Source of the DNA: Octopus vulgaris
Taxonomy: Eukaryota
Reading direction: 5' to 3'
Length of the DNA: 64,000 nucleotides
NCBI GenBank assembly: GCA_951406725.2
Contig: OX597827.1
Location: forward strand, 77,810,001-77,874,000
Made by a program: the position numbers and the translations under genes. The notes beneath the pieces were generated by a model. It was not told the origin of the DNA and made no database searches. It worked only from the letters and a program-made list of their open reading frames with translations. Shown here in pieces: positions 50,241 through 61,492 of this stretch. Each line of letters begins with the position of its first letter. Positions within the stretch are counted from its first letter, which is position 1.

Positions 50241-52183
50241 ATGTACTTCTTAACCTGTCACATAACACCCAATCACATAATCTATGGTACAACACCAAGA
50301 CACAAAATTTATAGTACAACACCTAGTCAATCTATGGAACAACATTTACACATAAAATCTATGGAACAACACGTAGGCACAAAAATAAACTGCATCTTGT
50401 GTCAATGAGGGAGCCCCTGCATGGTTACTTAACTTGCTAGAAATATCAACCAAATTTCCTCAACTTCCACTCTACCATCTTAAAAAAAAGTAGGGAGGTA
50501 TTGACTTACAATATCCAAAAAGATGGGATGGTCTAAAAATGGAGCATCCATACTGCCTCATATTTAAAATAACCCTGTATTGAACTAACTTTACTAAAAC
50601 TCTCTTGGGTACTTTTGAGATTTTATCAGTGAGTGTGAGGCCAATGTGGTTGCCTCTTTCTTTCCATCATAATGCTCCTTAAGTAACTAACACAGTTGTC
50701 TCCCATATCTGCCAGGGAAAATGAAAGTAGCGAACCATTGGTTAATGTTGGAAGTGTGGGGGGTCAGGGTAGGAATTTGCTTTGCTTTAACCATGGGGTT
50801 TTGTGTTCGGTCTAACTGTACACCACCTTGAGTATGTGCCTTATGCTTTGGCCCTGGGTTAACAAATGTCAACTAAGGTCTTGTGAGGGGATTTAGCAAA
50901 AGAAAACTGTGTGGAAGCTTGTTATGTGTGTGTGTGTGTGTGTGGTGTTATTTATTTGCAGTCATCTGTGGATGAAATATTACCTTTTGAACAGGTGAGA
51001 ATCTACCTCAACAAATGTTGTCTGATCCATGCAAATATGGAAAAGTAGATGTTGAAATAATGATGTCTGTATATCATCATTGCCATCATCATCATCATCA
51101 CTACCATCACGACCTTCATAATCATCATTATCATCGACACCACCACCACCACCACCATTATCACAACCACCTCCTCCACCACCACCACCACCATCATCAT
51201 CACTACCATCACCACCACCACCACCATCATCATCATCCCTACCATCACTACCACCACCACCATCGTCATCATTCAATGTCCACATTTCCATATTTACCTG
51301 GGTCAGATGGAATTTGCTGAGGTGGATTTTTTTCTGGCTAGATGCCCTTCCTGTTACCTACATACACACACGCACACACACATTGTGTTCTTGAGCAAGA
51401 CACTTCACTTCACATTGCCTCAGTCCACTCAGCTGTAAGTGGGTCACCCTGCAACAGAAACCATTACTAATTAATCTTCAACTCTGTTTCCATAGCAACT
51501 CTATGCTCCTGAGATATATCCTGTGATCATGTGATCAACCAGACTATTGGATGTTGTTATACATCACTGGTCACAATGCACTTTGCAATGTTTTTAGCTT
51601 TCAAATAATCTAATCCCACTGGTTAAGTGAGCAGGCCAACATTCCCCTCAATTGGAAGGATTCTGATTTAGGCATAACATCAGTAATTTTGAGGGGTAGG
51701 GTGTCTAGTTGGTATCATTGACCCGCCTTCCCTCCACTCCGATAATCCCAGAGGTTTTATGAACTCCAGGCAGATGAAAGCGAAGTTGGCCTCAGTTTGA
51801 TTTGAACACTGAATATAAAGAACGAAAACAAATACCATAAAGCAATTTTTCCAATGCTTTACCAGTTCTGCCAATCAATGTCCTAATACACTTTTTGGGT
51901 ATTGTTAGTCAATACCTCCCTACTTTTTTAAGATGGTAGAGTCTTAAAATTGAGGAAATTTGGTTGATATTTCTAGCAAGTTAAGTAACCATGCAGGGGC
52001 TCTCTCATTGACACAAGATGCAGTTAATTTTTGTGCCTACGTGTTGTTCCATAGATTGACTAGGTGTTGTACTATAAATTTTGTGTCTTGGTGTTGTACC
52101 ATCGATTATGTGATTGGGTGTTATGCGATAGGTTAAGAAGTACATGACAAATGTGATCGTGTAGGTGTTATATAGGTCAGCAA
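50193..52183. repeat. Local inverted duplication (~300-330-bp arms)
   Basis: 50193-50522 is a highly similar reverse complement of 51891-52183, with a few indels. Confidence 0.9.
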
Positions 52184-52290
52184 GGTGATGGCTAATATCA
52201 TTTAATTCTCTATTTAAGAGATGAGGAATTATGTTCATTCTTTACATTATTTACATTTGACAGATATTTGTCCTCATCTTGTTTGTTGTC

Positions 52291-52336
52291 AACACAACGT
52301 TTCGGCTGATATACCCTCCAGCCATCATCAAGTGTC
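52291..52336 (-). ncRNA. Hammerhead motif, mirror copy with C3U change
   Basis: Reverse complement reads GACAC TTGATGA T GGCTG GAGGGTATAT CAGCC GAA ACGT T GTGTT. Confidence 0.6.
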
Positions 52337-52644
52337 TTGGGGAAATTTCGAACCTGGGTTCTCATTCCTAAGGTATTTTTCAATGTTGTTATTATTGTTA
52401 TTATTATTATTATTATTATTGTTATTATTATTACTCAGGTCACTGCCTGAAATTGAACTTGGAATATTGGAGTTAGTAGCCTGCGCTCTTAACCACTACA
52501 CCCCACAGGCATATGGCATAGTGGTTAAGAGTGCAGGCTACTAACCCCAAGATTCTGAGTTCAATTCCAAGCAATGATCTGAATAATAATAACAACATCG
52601 AAAAATACCTTAGGAACGAGAACCCAGGTTCAAAATTTCCCCAA

Positions 52645-52690
52645 GACACCTGATGAAGGCTGGAGGGTATATCAGCCGAAACGTTGTGTT
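52645..52690 (+). ncRNA. Minimal type I hammerhead ribozyme motif (Penelope-like)
   Basis: Stem I GACAC/GTGTT; core CUGAUGA 52650-52656 plus an extra A; stem II GGCTG/CAGCC; GAA; palindromic helix III ACGT; predicted cleavage GUU^ after 52685. Confidence 0.75.
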
Positions 52691-53150
52691 AACAACAAAC
52701 AAGATGAGGACAAATATCCATCAATTGTAAATAATGTAAATGATGTAATTTAATTCTGTTTTAATTTTGTACACTGAGTTTTCATTCAGTGCAGCAAGCT
52801 TTCTACAATATCAGTGAATGTATTATTGACTATTTCTTATTTATTGGAGCGGAAGAATTTCATCTGGGCATGTAATGAATGGCTACACATCATTGACAAG
52901 ACCCAAGAAGGCCAAAACTTGTCTGGTGTTCTTGTGAGTCACACTGCAGTGATGTTTAACTTACTCAGACAAAAGCCACAGTATCATGCCTAGACATGGT
53001 GCTGTGGTCAGAAGTTTGCTTCCCAACCACATGGTTCTGGGTTCAGTCCCACTGCATGGCACCTTGGGCAATTGTCTTCTACTATATAGCCTCAGGTTGG
53101 CCAAAGTCTTGTGAGTGGATTTGGTCGATGGAAACTGAAAAGAAGCCCAT

Positions 53151-53204
<54 letters not shown>

Positions 53205-53532
53205 AAGAGAGAGAGTGATTTATGTATGTGTGCCTTTATGTCTGCGTTTCTGTCCCTGTTGCCACTTGACAATTAGTGTTGGTGTGTTTATGTCCTCATA
53301 ACTTAGCTGTTTGCCAAAAGAGACCAATAGAATAAGCACCAAACTAAGAAAAACAAAATTTGCACTGCACTCAACTAAAAATTCTTCTAGGTGGTGCTCC
53401 AGCATGGCCGCAGTCTAATGACTAAAACTAGTAGAAGATAAAAGATACATTGAGTATGATACACAGATGGCTATTTTAATTTAATGCTGTTTCAATTGTA
53501 TACGCCATGTTGAATTCATTTCTTTTTTTAAA

Positions 53533-53811
53533 TTCAAGGGCCCACAGCTTTTTAATATTCTCCCAAAGAGTCTGAGGAACTTGCACAAAGTAGATGTAGC
53601 GGTTTTTAAATCAGAGCTGGACATCTTCCTGTCGAGAGTCCCAGATGAACCTACCTAACGGCAAGAGGTACAAATGAGAGTAGCTGTATCAAACTCCATT
53701 CTTCACCAAGTGCCACATATTAGAGGAGGTTTTTCGTAATAACAGTGTAACACAAAACGGCGGTGCATCAGCATGGCTGCAGCTCTGAGCTGAAACAAGA
53801 AAAAAAAAAAA
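53533..53811 (+). mobile_element. 3' end of a CR1-group LINE with 3' tail and poly(A)
   Basis: FKGPQLFNILPKSLRNLHKVDVAVFKSELDIFLSRVPDEPT*...RVAVSNSILHQ, then tail GGCGGTGCATCAGCATGGCTGCAGCTCTGAGCTGAAAC and an A-run. Confidence 0.75.
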
Positions 53812-54149
53812 GAATTTAGCTCATTAGCCATAAAGTTCCTGGGCCCTTGTGACCAATAAAGTTTATCCTTTCTTGTTCAGGATAAACTCTAAAGATGCAA
53901 ATGTGTTGCATTGGTTTCCAAGCAAATCTATCTCACATTTGCATGCAATTGTTCAGTATCTGTGTATTGTCAGATTATAGTTGAAATTTACCGAAAAACA
54001 AAAGACAAACAGGTGTATTAGTTTGATGCTTGGGAAGGTGAGAGAGTCGTTTACATTTCGAGCGTATGCTCTTCAGTAGAAAGGAATAAGAGAAAATAAA
54101 CAAAGAGAGAATAGGAGTTAGAGGTCAGTTTTGTATTGTTGGAAGCCGC

Positions 54150-54276
54150 TCTTGTCAAATGGTCGTTTGTCTAAAGCTTCACTCGCAGTCCCTAATGCAC
54201 CAATTAATACTGGTGTAACCTTTACAGTTTTCATATTTCAAATTCTCACAACCTGAAATTTTAAGGGATTGTATTT
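54150..54276 (-). mobile_element. R4/Dong-like LINE C-terminal fragment
   Basis: KYNPLKFQVVRI*NMKTVKVTPVLIGALGT matches the recalled KY.DL..E..R.W....V.PVVIGALGT motif. Confidence 0.6.
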
Positions 54277-54442
54277 GTTGCTGCTGTTGTTGTTATTGTT
54301 GTTAGCATTAGTATTATTGTTAATCTAAGTCTTCAACTCATTCTGTTTCCATAGCAATTTTGAGATCCTGAGATATAGAAAATTATTTATACATATGCAT
54401 ATAGATATCTCATTCTTTTTCTTTCTATCTATGTGTATATAA

Positions 54443-54494
<52 letters not shown>

Positions 54495-54748
54495 ATATAT
54501 ATATATATTGTTGCTATTATGCAAAAGTGTCGTAAGTCCAAAATGTTGCTTTTCCAGAAAACAAAAAAATAGTTCCACCATTCCATTTCTTTCTACATTA
54601 GCAAGAGTTTCAGCTCAACAATAATACTTTGTTGGGTGCATAAAATCGTTGACTCCAAGCATGTTTGATATTTTCAGTCAGAAATATTTTTGCAAAACTG
54701 TCGTATGTGGGACTTACTACACTTTTGAAAAATGCTAAACTGTTGTGC

Positions 54749-55020
54749 TACATTATTTACATTTGATGGATATTTGTCCTCATTTTGTTTGTTGTTATCA
54801 CAACATTTCGGCTGATATACCCTCCAGCCTTCATCAGGTGTCTTGGGGAAATTTCGAACCTGGGTTCTCATTCCTAAGGTATTTTTCGATACCTGATGAA
54901 GGCTGGAGTGAAAGTCAGCCAAAATGTTGTGTTAACGACAAACAAGATGAGGACAAATATCCGTCAAATGTAAATAATGTAAATAGTGTACATAATTCCT
55001 CGTCTCTTAAATACAGAACT
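54749..55020. mobile_element. Second, centre-deleted copy of the palindromic hammerhead element
   Basis: Minus-strand hammerhead at 54797-54842 (intact CUGAUGA, helix III ACGT>ATGT) and plus-strand hammerhead from 54893 (G12>A). No tRNA heads. Tail extension 54990-55013 is the reverse complement of 52211-52234. Confidence 0.8.
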
Positions 55021-56269
55021 GTGTTGTACAACATTTTGACAATTTCCATATCTTGGCATCTGAAGCAGCTGGAGATACGATAGTTTGACCAAAAGAACCG
55101 GCTATTGCAAGCAAAATTAAATATAGAAAAAAAAGCACATTTGGCCAAATTTGGACATACAACAGTTTAACATAATAGCAACGACATATATATATATATA
55201 TATATCATCATCATCATAACCATCATCTATTAAATTCTGTCTTCCATGCTGCTATATGTTGGCTGGTTAGACTGGATTTGCTGTATCAAAGCGTTGCATT
55301 GAGCTCCAATGGCTGCTTTTACAGTGTGTCTATGGCTGGATACTCTTCTAACACCAACCGCTTTATAAAGCAAACTGTGTGCTTTTTTGTGACGCCAGCA
55401 CTAGTGAGGTTACCATACAACTCATAATACAAAAGAGGCTTCTTTAAGTGAGTAGGAGTGTAGTAGAGAGGGAGGTGGGATTGTGTTACATTTTGATTGG
55501 TTGAAATAGGATTGCAGGGGATAGGAAGAGGTTTTTTGCTGTAGAGGAGGCACAGGGCTACCTTGTATTATAAAAGGGTGGATGTGAATAGTAATTTGGC
55601 TGGAGCTGGAAAGAGAGATAATGATGGAGGTGAGAAAGTGTCAAGGGGTGCTTCAAGGTACAAAGAAGGTGAATAGAAGGAAGTGCAGAGACAAAAGACT
55701 GAGAAGGGTTTATAGGTAGAGGTTGGGGAGTTGTTAGAGACAGAGTGTGGTAGGGGTGGGGGTAAATGTAGTAAATAATAGATAAGGGTGGAGGGTTGGT
55801 CAATGGTAAATATAAATGTGAGAGGTGATAAGAATGAGGGAGAGGAAGTGATGACTGGCACAACAGAAAGGATGAAGAACAGAATAATACAGTAGATAGT
55901 GAGATGGCAGATGGGGTGGATGGGTAAAGATTGCAGAAGTATATAGTAGTGGGGGAAGTGGTCAGAGGTACATAAGAGTGGGTGAGGAAGTACTTCAGAG
56001 AAGAGATAAAGAGATGTAACTGGTAGCACAGAAAGGGCAATCAATGGAAAATATGAATGGAGAGGGGGGATGGGTGTAAAAAAGAAGTGCTTCCAGGGAG
56101 AGACAACTGGTAATAGAAAAGGGGGATACTTCTCTAATTTTATTACTGCAGGAGATTAAAGCAGTTGTTAGGAGTGTGATGAATGGCTGAATAATGAGAT
56201 GAGAGTTGTGGAAACGTTTGATAGAGATAAACTGGGGGCTGTGTGTTTAACTATTAATGCTTTCTGAAC

Positions 56270-58902
56270 CTCAGTTTTTCTGTGGGTGGGTCTTCTCAAG
56301 TACTGCATATTGCCACTCATCTCAGTCTTTTGTCTTTCTTTGTGAAACTCAAAATCTGAAGTCTGCCTACATGACTTAATCTTTAAAGGTCCCCCCATCC
56401 CCACATCTGATTCCTCGTATGCTCAGTTTTTCTCACAACACATTTGCACTTTGTCATTCATGCACACTGACATTGCACGTCCAATGGAGTCCACTAGCTT
56501 TATTTCTTTCTAGTCTTTGTAATTCTTCTACACTTAGGACTCATGTCTCACTTTTAGCTATCATTTCATTTTCTACACAAGCATCATACAGTCTACTTTT
56601 CGCTCAAAAGAGAGGCCTTTTGTTATCAACAGAGGCAACAGTTTATTCCACCCTGTTCGTACTTTGTCCCCTATACTTACAAAGCATCCACCCTGTTTGC
56701 CAATTAGACTATGGAGGTAACTGACACTATCTATTAGAAAGCGCTTTCTAGGCATTCAAGAGAATCTATTGCCAATGTGTCCTAAGCGTTTATTGCTTCT
56801 AAGCATTGACCAAGCATGAAATCCACTTTCTCTGTTAATCTTCCTCTGATTCCATTGCATTTCTTGGATTCCCAAAGCTTGCACTTTGTACATTGTACAG
56901 AACCACTTTTCCATATCTTAAACACCTAATACACTCTTGGAGTGGTTGGCATTAGGAAAAGCATCCAGCTATAGAAACTCTGCCAGATCAAGATTGGAGC
57001 CTGGTGCAGCCATCTGGTTCGCCAGCCCTCAGTCAAAATCGTCCAACCCATGCTAGCATGGAAAGCGGACGTTAAACGATGATGATGATGAAACACAACC
57101 GTCTCCCTGATAATAATACTTCAGGCTTTGGTGAATTAACTTTGAAGCCCTTCGATTCCAGGTTTTGCTTCCACACCTGGAACCCCTGGGACATTCTTTT
57201 CTAGTTCTGCTTCAGGTTCAGCTATAAGAACAAGGTAATCAGCATATAGCAGTTCCTATGGTTATCCAGTTTTAAACTCCTTTCTTATGGTTTGGAGGAC
57301 TGTAATAAACAGAACTAGGGACCAAACCCTGGTGGACCTCCACCTACACAATGAATTTATGACAGTACCTGTTGCTAACACTCACCTGACTGGCAACATC
57401 ACTGTATGCAGCTTGAACAACTCTCACAAACCATTTGTCTACCCCTAGTTTCCTCAGATGTTTCCAAGATGGCAGAGCAAAGGATCCTGTCAAAGGCTTT
57501 CTCCATGTCAACAAATGCCAAGTGCAGCATTTCATTTTTGGTTAAATGCTTCTCCCTGGCACAAAAACCAAACTGCATCTTATCTCGCTTAAATCTCTTC
57601 CTAATTAGTTGGGCTACAATTGTTCCGGCAACTCTCAAGACCTCGTCCTGTAATTTGATATCTCTGAAATTAATTCTCTCTAAGTATTTCCTTTACTCTT
57701 GTAACAGTTGACTATAATGTTGCTACACCAGTCGTTAACTATACCTATTTCTTTACTACTCACAAGGGGCTAAACACAGAGAGGACAAACAAGGATAGAC
57801 AAACGGATTAAGTCGATTATAATGACTCCAGTGCGTAACTGGTACTTAATTTATTGACCCCCGAAAGGATGAAAGGCAAAGTCAACCTCGGTGGAATTTG
57901 AACTCGGAACGTAACAGCAGACGAAATACCGCTAAGCATTTTGCCTGGCATGCTAAAGTTTCTGCCAGCTCACTAACTATACCTTCTAGTGCAACCTAAT
58001 TAGTTATATGGGTGATTAGGCCATGTCCCATTTTGCCAGATATTTTAAGCATTTTCTCAATAACTCCTGATGGACCAGGGGCTTTTCTTGTCTTCATGCC
58101 TTTAATCGCTTTATCTATCATAATGCTGTCAACTCAGATAACTGGACTCTCTCTCTTTGGTCCACATTAGGAAGATTCTCCTCCCATTCACTCTCCACTT
58201 TTAGCATCCTTTCATAGTGACACATCCATGTCTCTTTCTTTTCAGAAACACTAAGTACAATTATCCATCTTGGTTGGCATTAGGAAGGGCATCCAGCTGT
58301 AGAAACACTGCCAGATCAGACTGGAGCCTGGTGCAGCCTCCCTGGCTTCTCAGACCCTGGTCGAACCAGCCAACCCATGCTAGCATGGAAAATGGATGTT
58401 AAACGATGACGATGATGATGATGACACAACATCTCAATATTCTTTGACACATTGCCTTGCAATCTGGAACACTTCGCACTTTTGACCCTTATGCTATAGA
58501 ACATAGACAAACCTCCTACTTCTTGCTTCTCCCCTTGTTAAGCAAGCCTGTTGCCTAGCTACTTGATATAACTATCTTCTGCCCCCATTCTTCCAATATT
58601 TTATGATGTTGTCTATCTCACTATTCCATCACCAAATTGCCCCTAGTCTGGCTGGAGCCTTGCACAAGTTTGCTTTGTAACCCTCAGCTGGTCCTCTTGT
58701 GTGGAATCTTCCAGTTGTCCTCAATACAACATGTCGCTGTCTCTTGCTATTTTCCATCAATGTTTTTGTACTTTTCTGAAATTTTACACTGATCAATAAT
58801 AGATCTTTAAGCTTCTCTGTTTTGCTTTTTCTGATTGGTTTGTGTCTCTGAGTCTTTCTAAGTCTTCACCTGAAGTCACTAACCATTGAGCTATGTTGGG
58901 TT
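56270..58902 (-). mobile_element. Older, more degraded copy of the same RTE-type LINE, interrupted by SINEs
   Basis: Motifs MQFGFCA, LAFVDMEKAFDR and ELLYADYLVL (around 57230-57256). Co-linear with the 26.3-27.7 kb copy, with many stops and frameshifts. Confidence 0.85.
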
Positions 58903-59654
58903 ATTCTTTTACTTGTTTCAATCATTTGACTGTGGCCATGCTGGAGCACCACCTTTAGTTGAGCAAATTGACTCCAGGACTTATTCTTTGTAAGCCTAGT
59001 ACTTATTCTATCGGTTTCTTTTGCTGAACCGCTAAGTTACAGGGACGTAAACACACCACCATTGGTTGTCAAGCGATGTTGAGGAGGACAAACACAGACA
59101 CACAAACATATACACACACACATACATATATACGATGGGCTTCTTTCAGTTTCCGTCTACCAAATCCACTCACAAGGCTTTGGTCGGCCCGAGGCTAAAG
59201 TAGAAGACACTTGCCCAAGGTGCCACGCAGTGGGACTGAACCTGGAACCATGTGGTTGGTAAGCAAGCTACTTACCACACAGCTACTCCTATGGGTAGAA
59301 CATTCCTCACCATTTTTCACTGTGTGTGTATGTGTGCATGCATGCGTATGTGTGTGTGCGCGCACCATGCAGTGGGATTGAACCCAAAGCCATGTGGTCA
59401 GGAAGGTGAAGTTCTTAGCCACATACACTTGTACTCCGTTGTACTCCGATACCCTGATAATATAATTCTGAGAAACGTTATTTTTGAGAGGTATATCTTT
59501 TTATGTATCAGGATACATAAAAGAATATGAATTGCACCTGTGTAACATTGTAAAAATTGTATTATCCACAATAATAAAAGTATATTATTGATGTTAGCTT
59601 GTAATATGAAGAGAATAAGACTCTAATATTGGAAATAACGACTTTTATACACCA

Positions 59655-59940
59655 ATCATCATTGTTTAACGTCTGTTTTCCATGTTGGCATGGGTTGGAC
59701 GGTTCGACTGGGGTCTGGGAAGCCAGGAGGCTGCACCAGGCTCCAGTTTGATCTGGTAGTGTTTCTACAGCTGAATGCCCTTCCTAATGCCAACCACTCC
59801 GTGAGTGTAGTGGGTGCTTTTTTTATGTGCCACCGGCACAGGGACCAGAGGGGGCTGGCATTGACTACAATTGGATGGTGCTTTTTACGTGCCACCGGCA
59901 TAGAAGCCAGTCAAGGTGGCGCTGGCATCGGTCACATTCG
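59655..59940 (-). mobile_element. SINE/LINE-tail family D ending CCATGCTAGCATGG...ACGTTAAA(TGA)n, representative copy
   Basis: Shared GGAAGGGCATCCAGCTGTA and (GAT)n tail. Other copies: 8540-8775(+), 30757-31070(-), 44630-44830(+), 44880-45000(-), 45378-45758, 47570-47830(-), 48680-48985(+), 55205-55410(-), 56926-57090(+), 58270-58425(+). Confidence 0.85.
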
Positions 59941-60567
59941 GGTGGTGGGCAAAAGAAAATTATACACTACAGTAAATTTTAAAAGCTGTTGACAGAGGAA
60001 GGTTGAAGTTGTAGTAAATGAAATCAGAGATGGAGAGGTGGTAATACTATGAACTGAAGGTGGAGGAGGTGAATTATTAGATGTAATTGTATGGGAGGGA
60101 ATGTAGTAACAACACCAGACAATGAGAGGGGAAGGGAGAGGTATTCTATATATAGCAGTCTGACCAAGTAATCAACGAGTAATTAATATTATGAGATATA
60201 ATATGAGGCTTTGAACTAGTAAAATCATGAGCAGACCAGGCAAAATTCTTGGCAGTATTTTATCCATCTTTGTGTTCTGAGTTCAAATTCCATCAAGGTT
60301 GACTTTGTATTGCATCCTTTCGGGGTTCATAAAATAAGTACCAGTTGTACACTGGGGTTGATCGAATTAACTTACCCTTCCCCTCAGTATTACTGGCCTT
60401 GTGCCAAAATTTGAAATCAATATTATGAGAAATTATGTAGACAGAATGACAAATGGAAAATCAATCTGTGTTTGTGTGTGTATAAACATGTATGTACATA
60501 TAAACTTATGTGTGTGTGTGAGCGCGCGCACGTGCATGCATGCGTGTGTCTGTATGTGTGTGTGTGT

Positions 60568-60797
60568 GCGGCGAGCTGGCAGAAACGTTAGCAAGCCGGG
60601 CGAAATGCTTAGCGGTATTTCGTCTGCCGTTACATTCTGTGTTCAAATTCCGCCGAGGTCGACTTTGCCTTTCATCCTTTCGGGGTCGATAAATTAAGTA
60701 CCAGTTATGCACTGGGGTCGATATAATCGACTTAATACCTATGTCTGTCCTTATTTGTCCCCTCTATGTTTAGCCCCTTGTGGGTAATAAAGAAATA
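60568..60797 (+). mobile_element. SINE family B (tRNA head, Meta/MESC-like central domain), representative copy
   Basis: B-box GTTCAAATTCC and central GCCTTTCATCCTTTCGGGGTCGATAAATTAAGTACCAG. Other copies: 16783-16965(+), 18517-18610(-), 29925-30138(-), 31998-32226(-), 32379-32611(-, TSD TCAAGTATRGTATATA), 51690-51873(-), 57747-57973(-), 60235-60425(+). The domain name is from recall, not a search. Confidence 0.85.
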
Positions 60798-60990
60798 TGT
60801 ATGTGTGTGTATATCTGCATTTTGGTATTTGACACTTTTTGACTAATTTTTCTTCTTTCTATTCCAGGAGGATCTGAAGAAATTCAAAAATATTTCAAGT
60901 TGGAGGAGGAGAAAACTGTCCCAGGAAGATAAGAAAACAAGACAAAATAACAAAATGTATCTCTCCGAGCAGAATGCTGGAATATTGCAT

Positions 60991-61095
60991 TTGATTGGCT
61001 AGTCACAGTACAATGCAACATTTGATTGGCTAATTCCAGTATACCATAGCATTTGATTGGCTGGTCATAGCAACATATATAACTTTTGATTGGCT
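60991..61095 (-). promoter_or_regulatory. Array of four CCAAT boxes (NF-Y consensus AGCCAATCA), candidate promoter of the zinc-finger gene
   Basis: TTGATTGGCT occurs four times, with ATTGG at 60994, 61025, 61056 and 61089 (spacing 31/31/33 bp) and divergent spacers, about 1.2 kb upstream of the ATG. Confidence 0.6.
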
Positions 61096-61224
61096 AATCC
61101 AAGAAAAGAAAAAAAAAAGTAATAATGACATTAGTTTAAAAGAATCATATTTTTGTAATCCAATTGAATTTAGGAGGCTTTTACCAAAAATACCGAAGAC
61201 AAACCTTAAATTTCTCTACAGATA

Positions 61225-61255
<31 letters not shown>

Positions 61256-61492
61256 CTATAGCTATATATATATGTGTGTGTGTGTGTATATATATACGTA
61301 TTTATATGGAGACCTAGTAATTGGGAAGAATGGCAAGCCAAAAGACTTAGTATTTTGAGAACCTGAAGAATTATCTTAATAATAACCTTTCTTCTTTAAA
61401 CAACCTTGAAGTCTGATTGAGTTCATACCAACGGCTGCCAGATGTGTATGTACCGATTGGTGAGATTTGCTGCCATTTCAAAATACAGCACC

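Larger units (their letters stand above)
52211..52740. mobile_element. Palindromic (head-to-head) tRNA-headed element with a hammerhead ribozyme motif in each arm
   Basis: 52241-52502 is the approximate reverse complement of 52514-52740. Right arm: A-box TGGCATAGTGG 52514-52524, B-box GAGTTCAATTCC 52557-52568, (AAT)n, hammerhead 52645-52690. The left arm has a ~30-bp unpaired extension (52211-52240). Confidence 0.85.

Noticed and set aside
52508-52575. Functional tRNA gene
   Set aside because: A and B boxes are present but the acceptor and anticodon stems are poor, and it is embedded in a repeat. The same applies to the other SINE heads.
54050-54083. Hammerhead-like motif on the minus strand (GAGC-ATAC-GCTC GAAATGTA)
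   Set aside because: Stem II and GAAA are present but the core reads CTACTGA and stem I is weak. At best a dead relic.
59452-59490. CTGATAA...GAAACGTT as a hammerhead
   Set aside because: G8 is missing and there is no stem I or stem II pairing.
60985-61100. CRISPR-like repeat-spacer appearance
   Set aside because: The repeat is only ~11 bp, matches a CCAAT box, has no cas genes nearby, and the context is eukaryotic.
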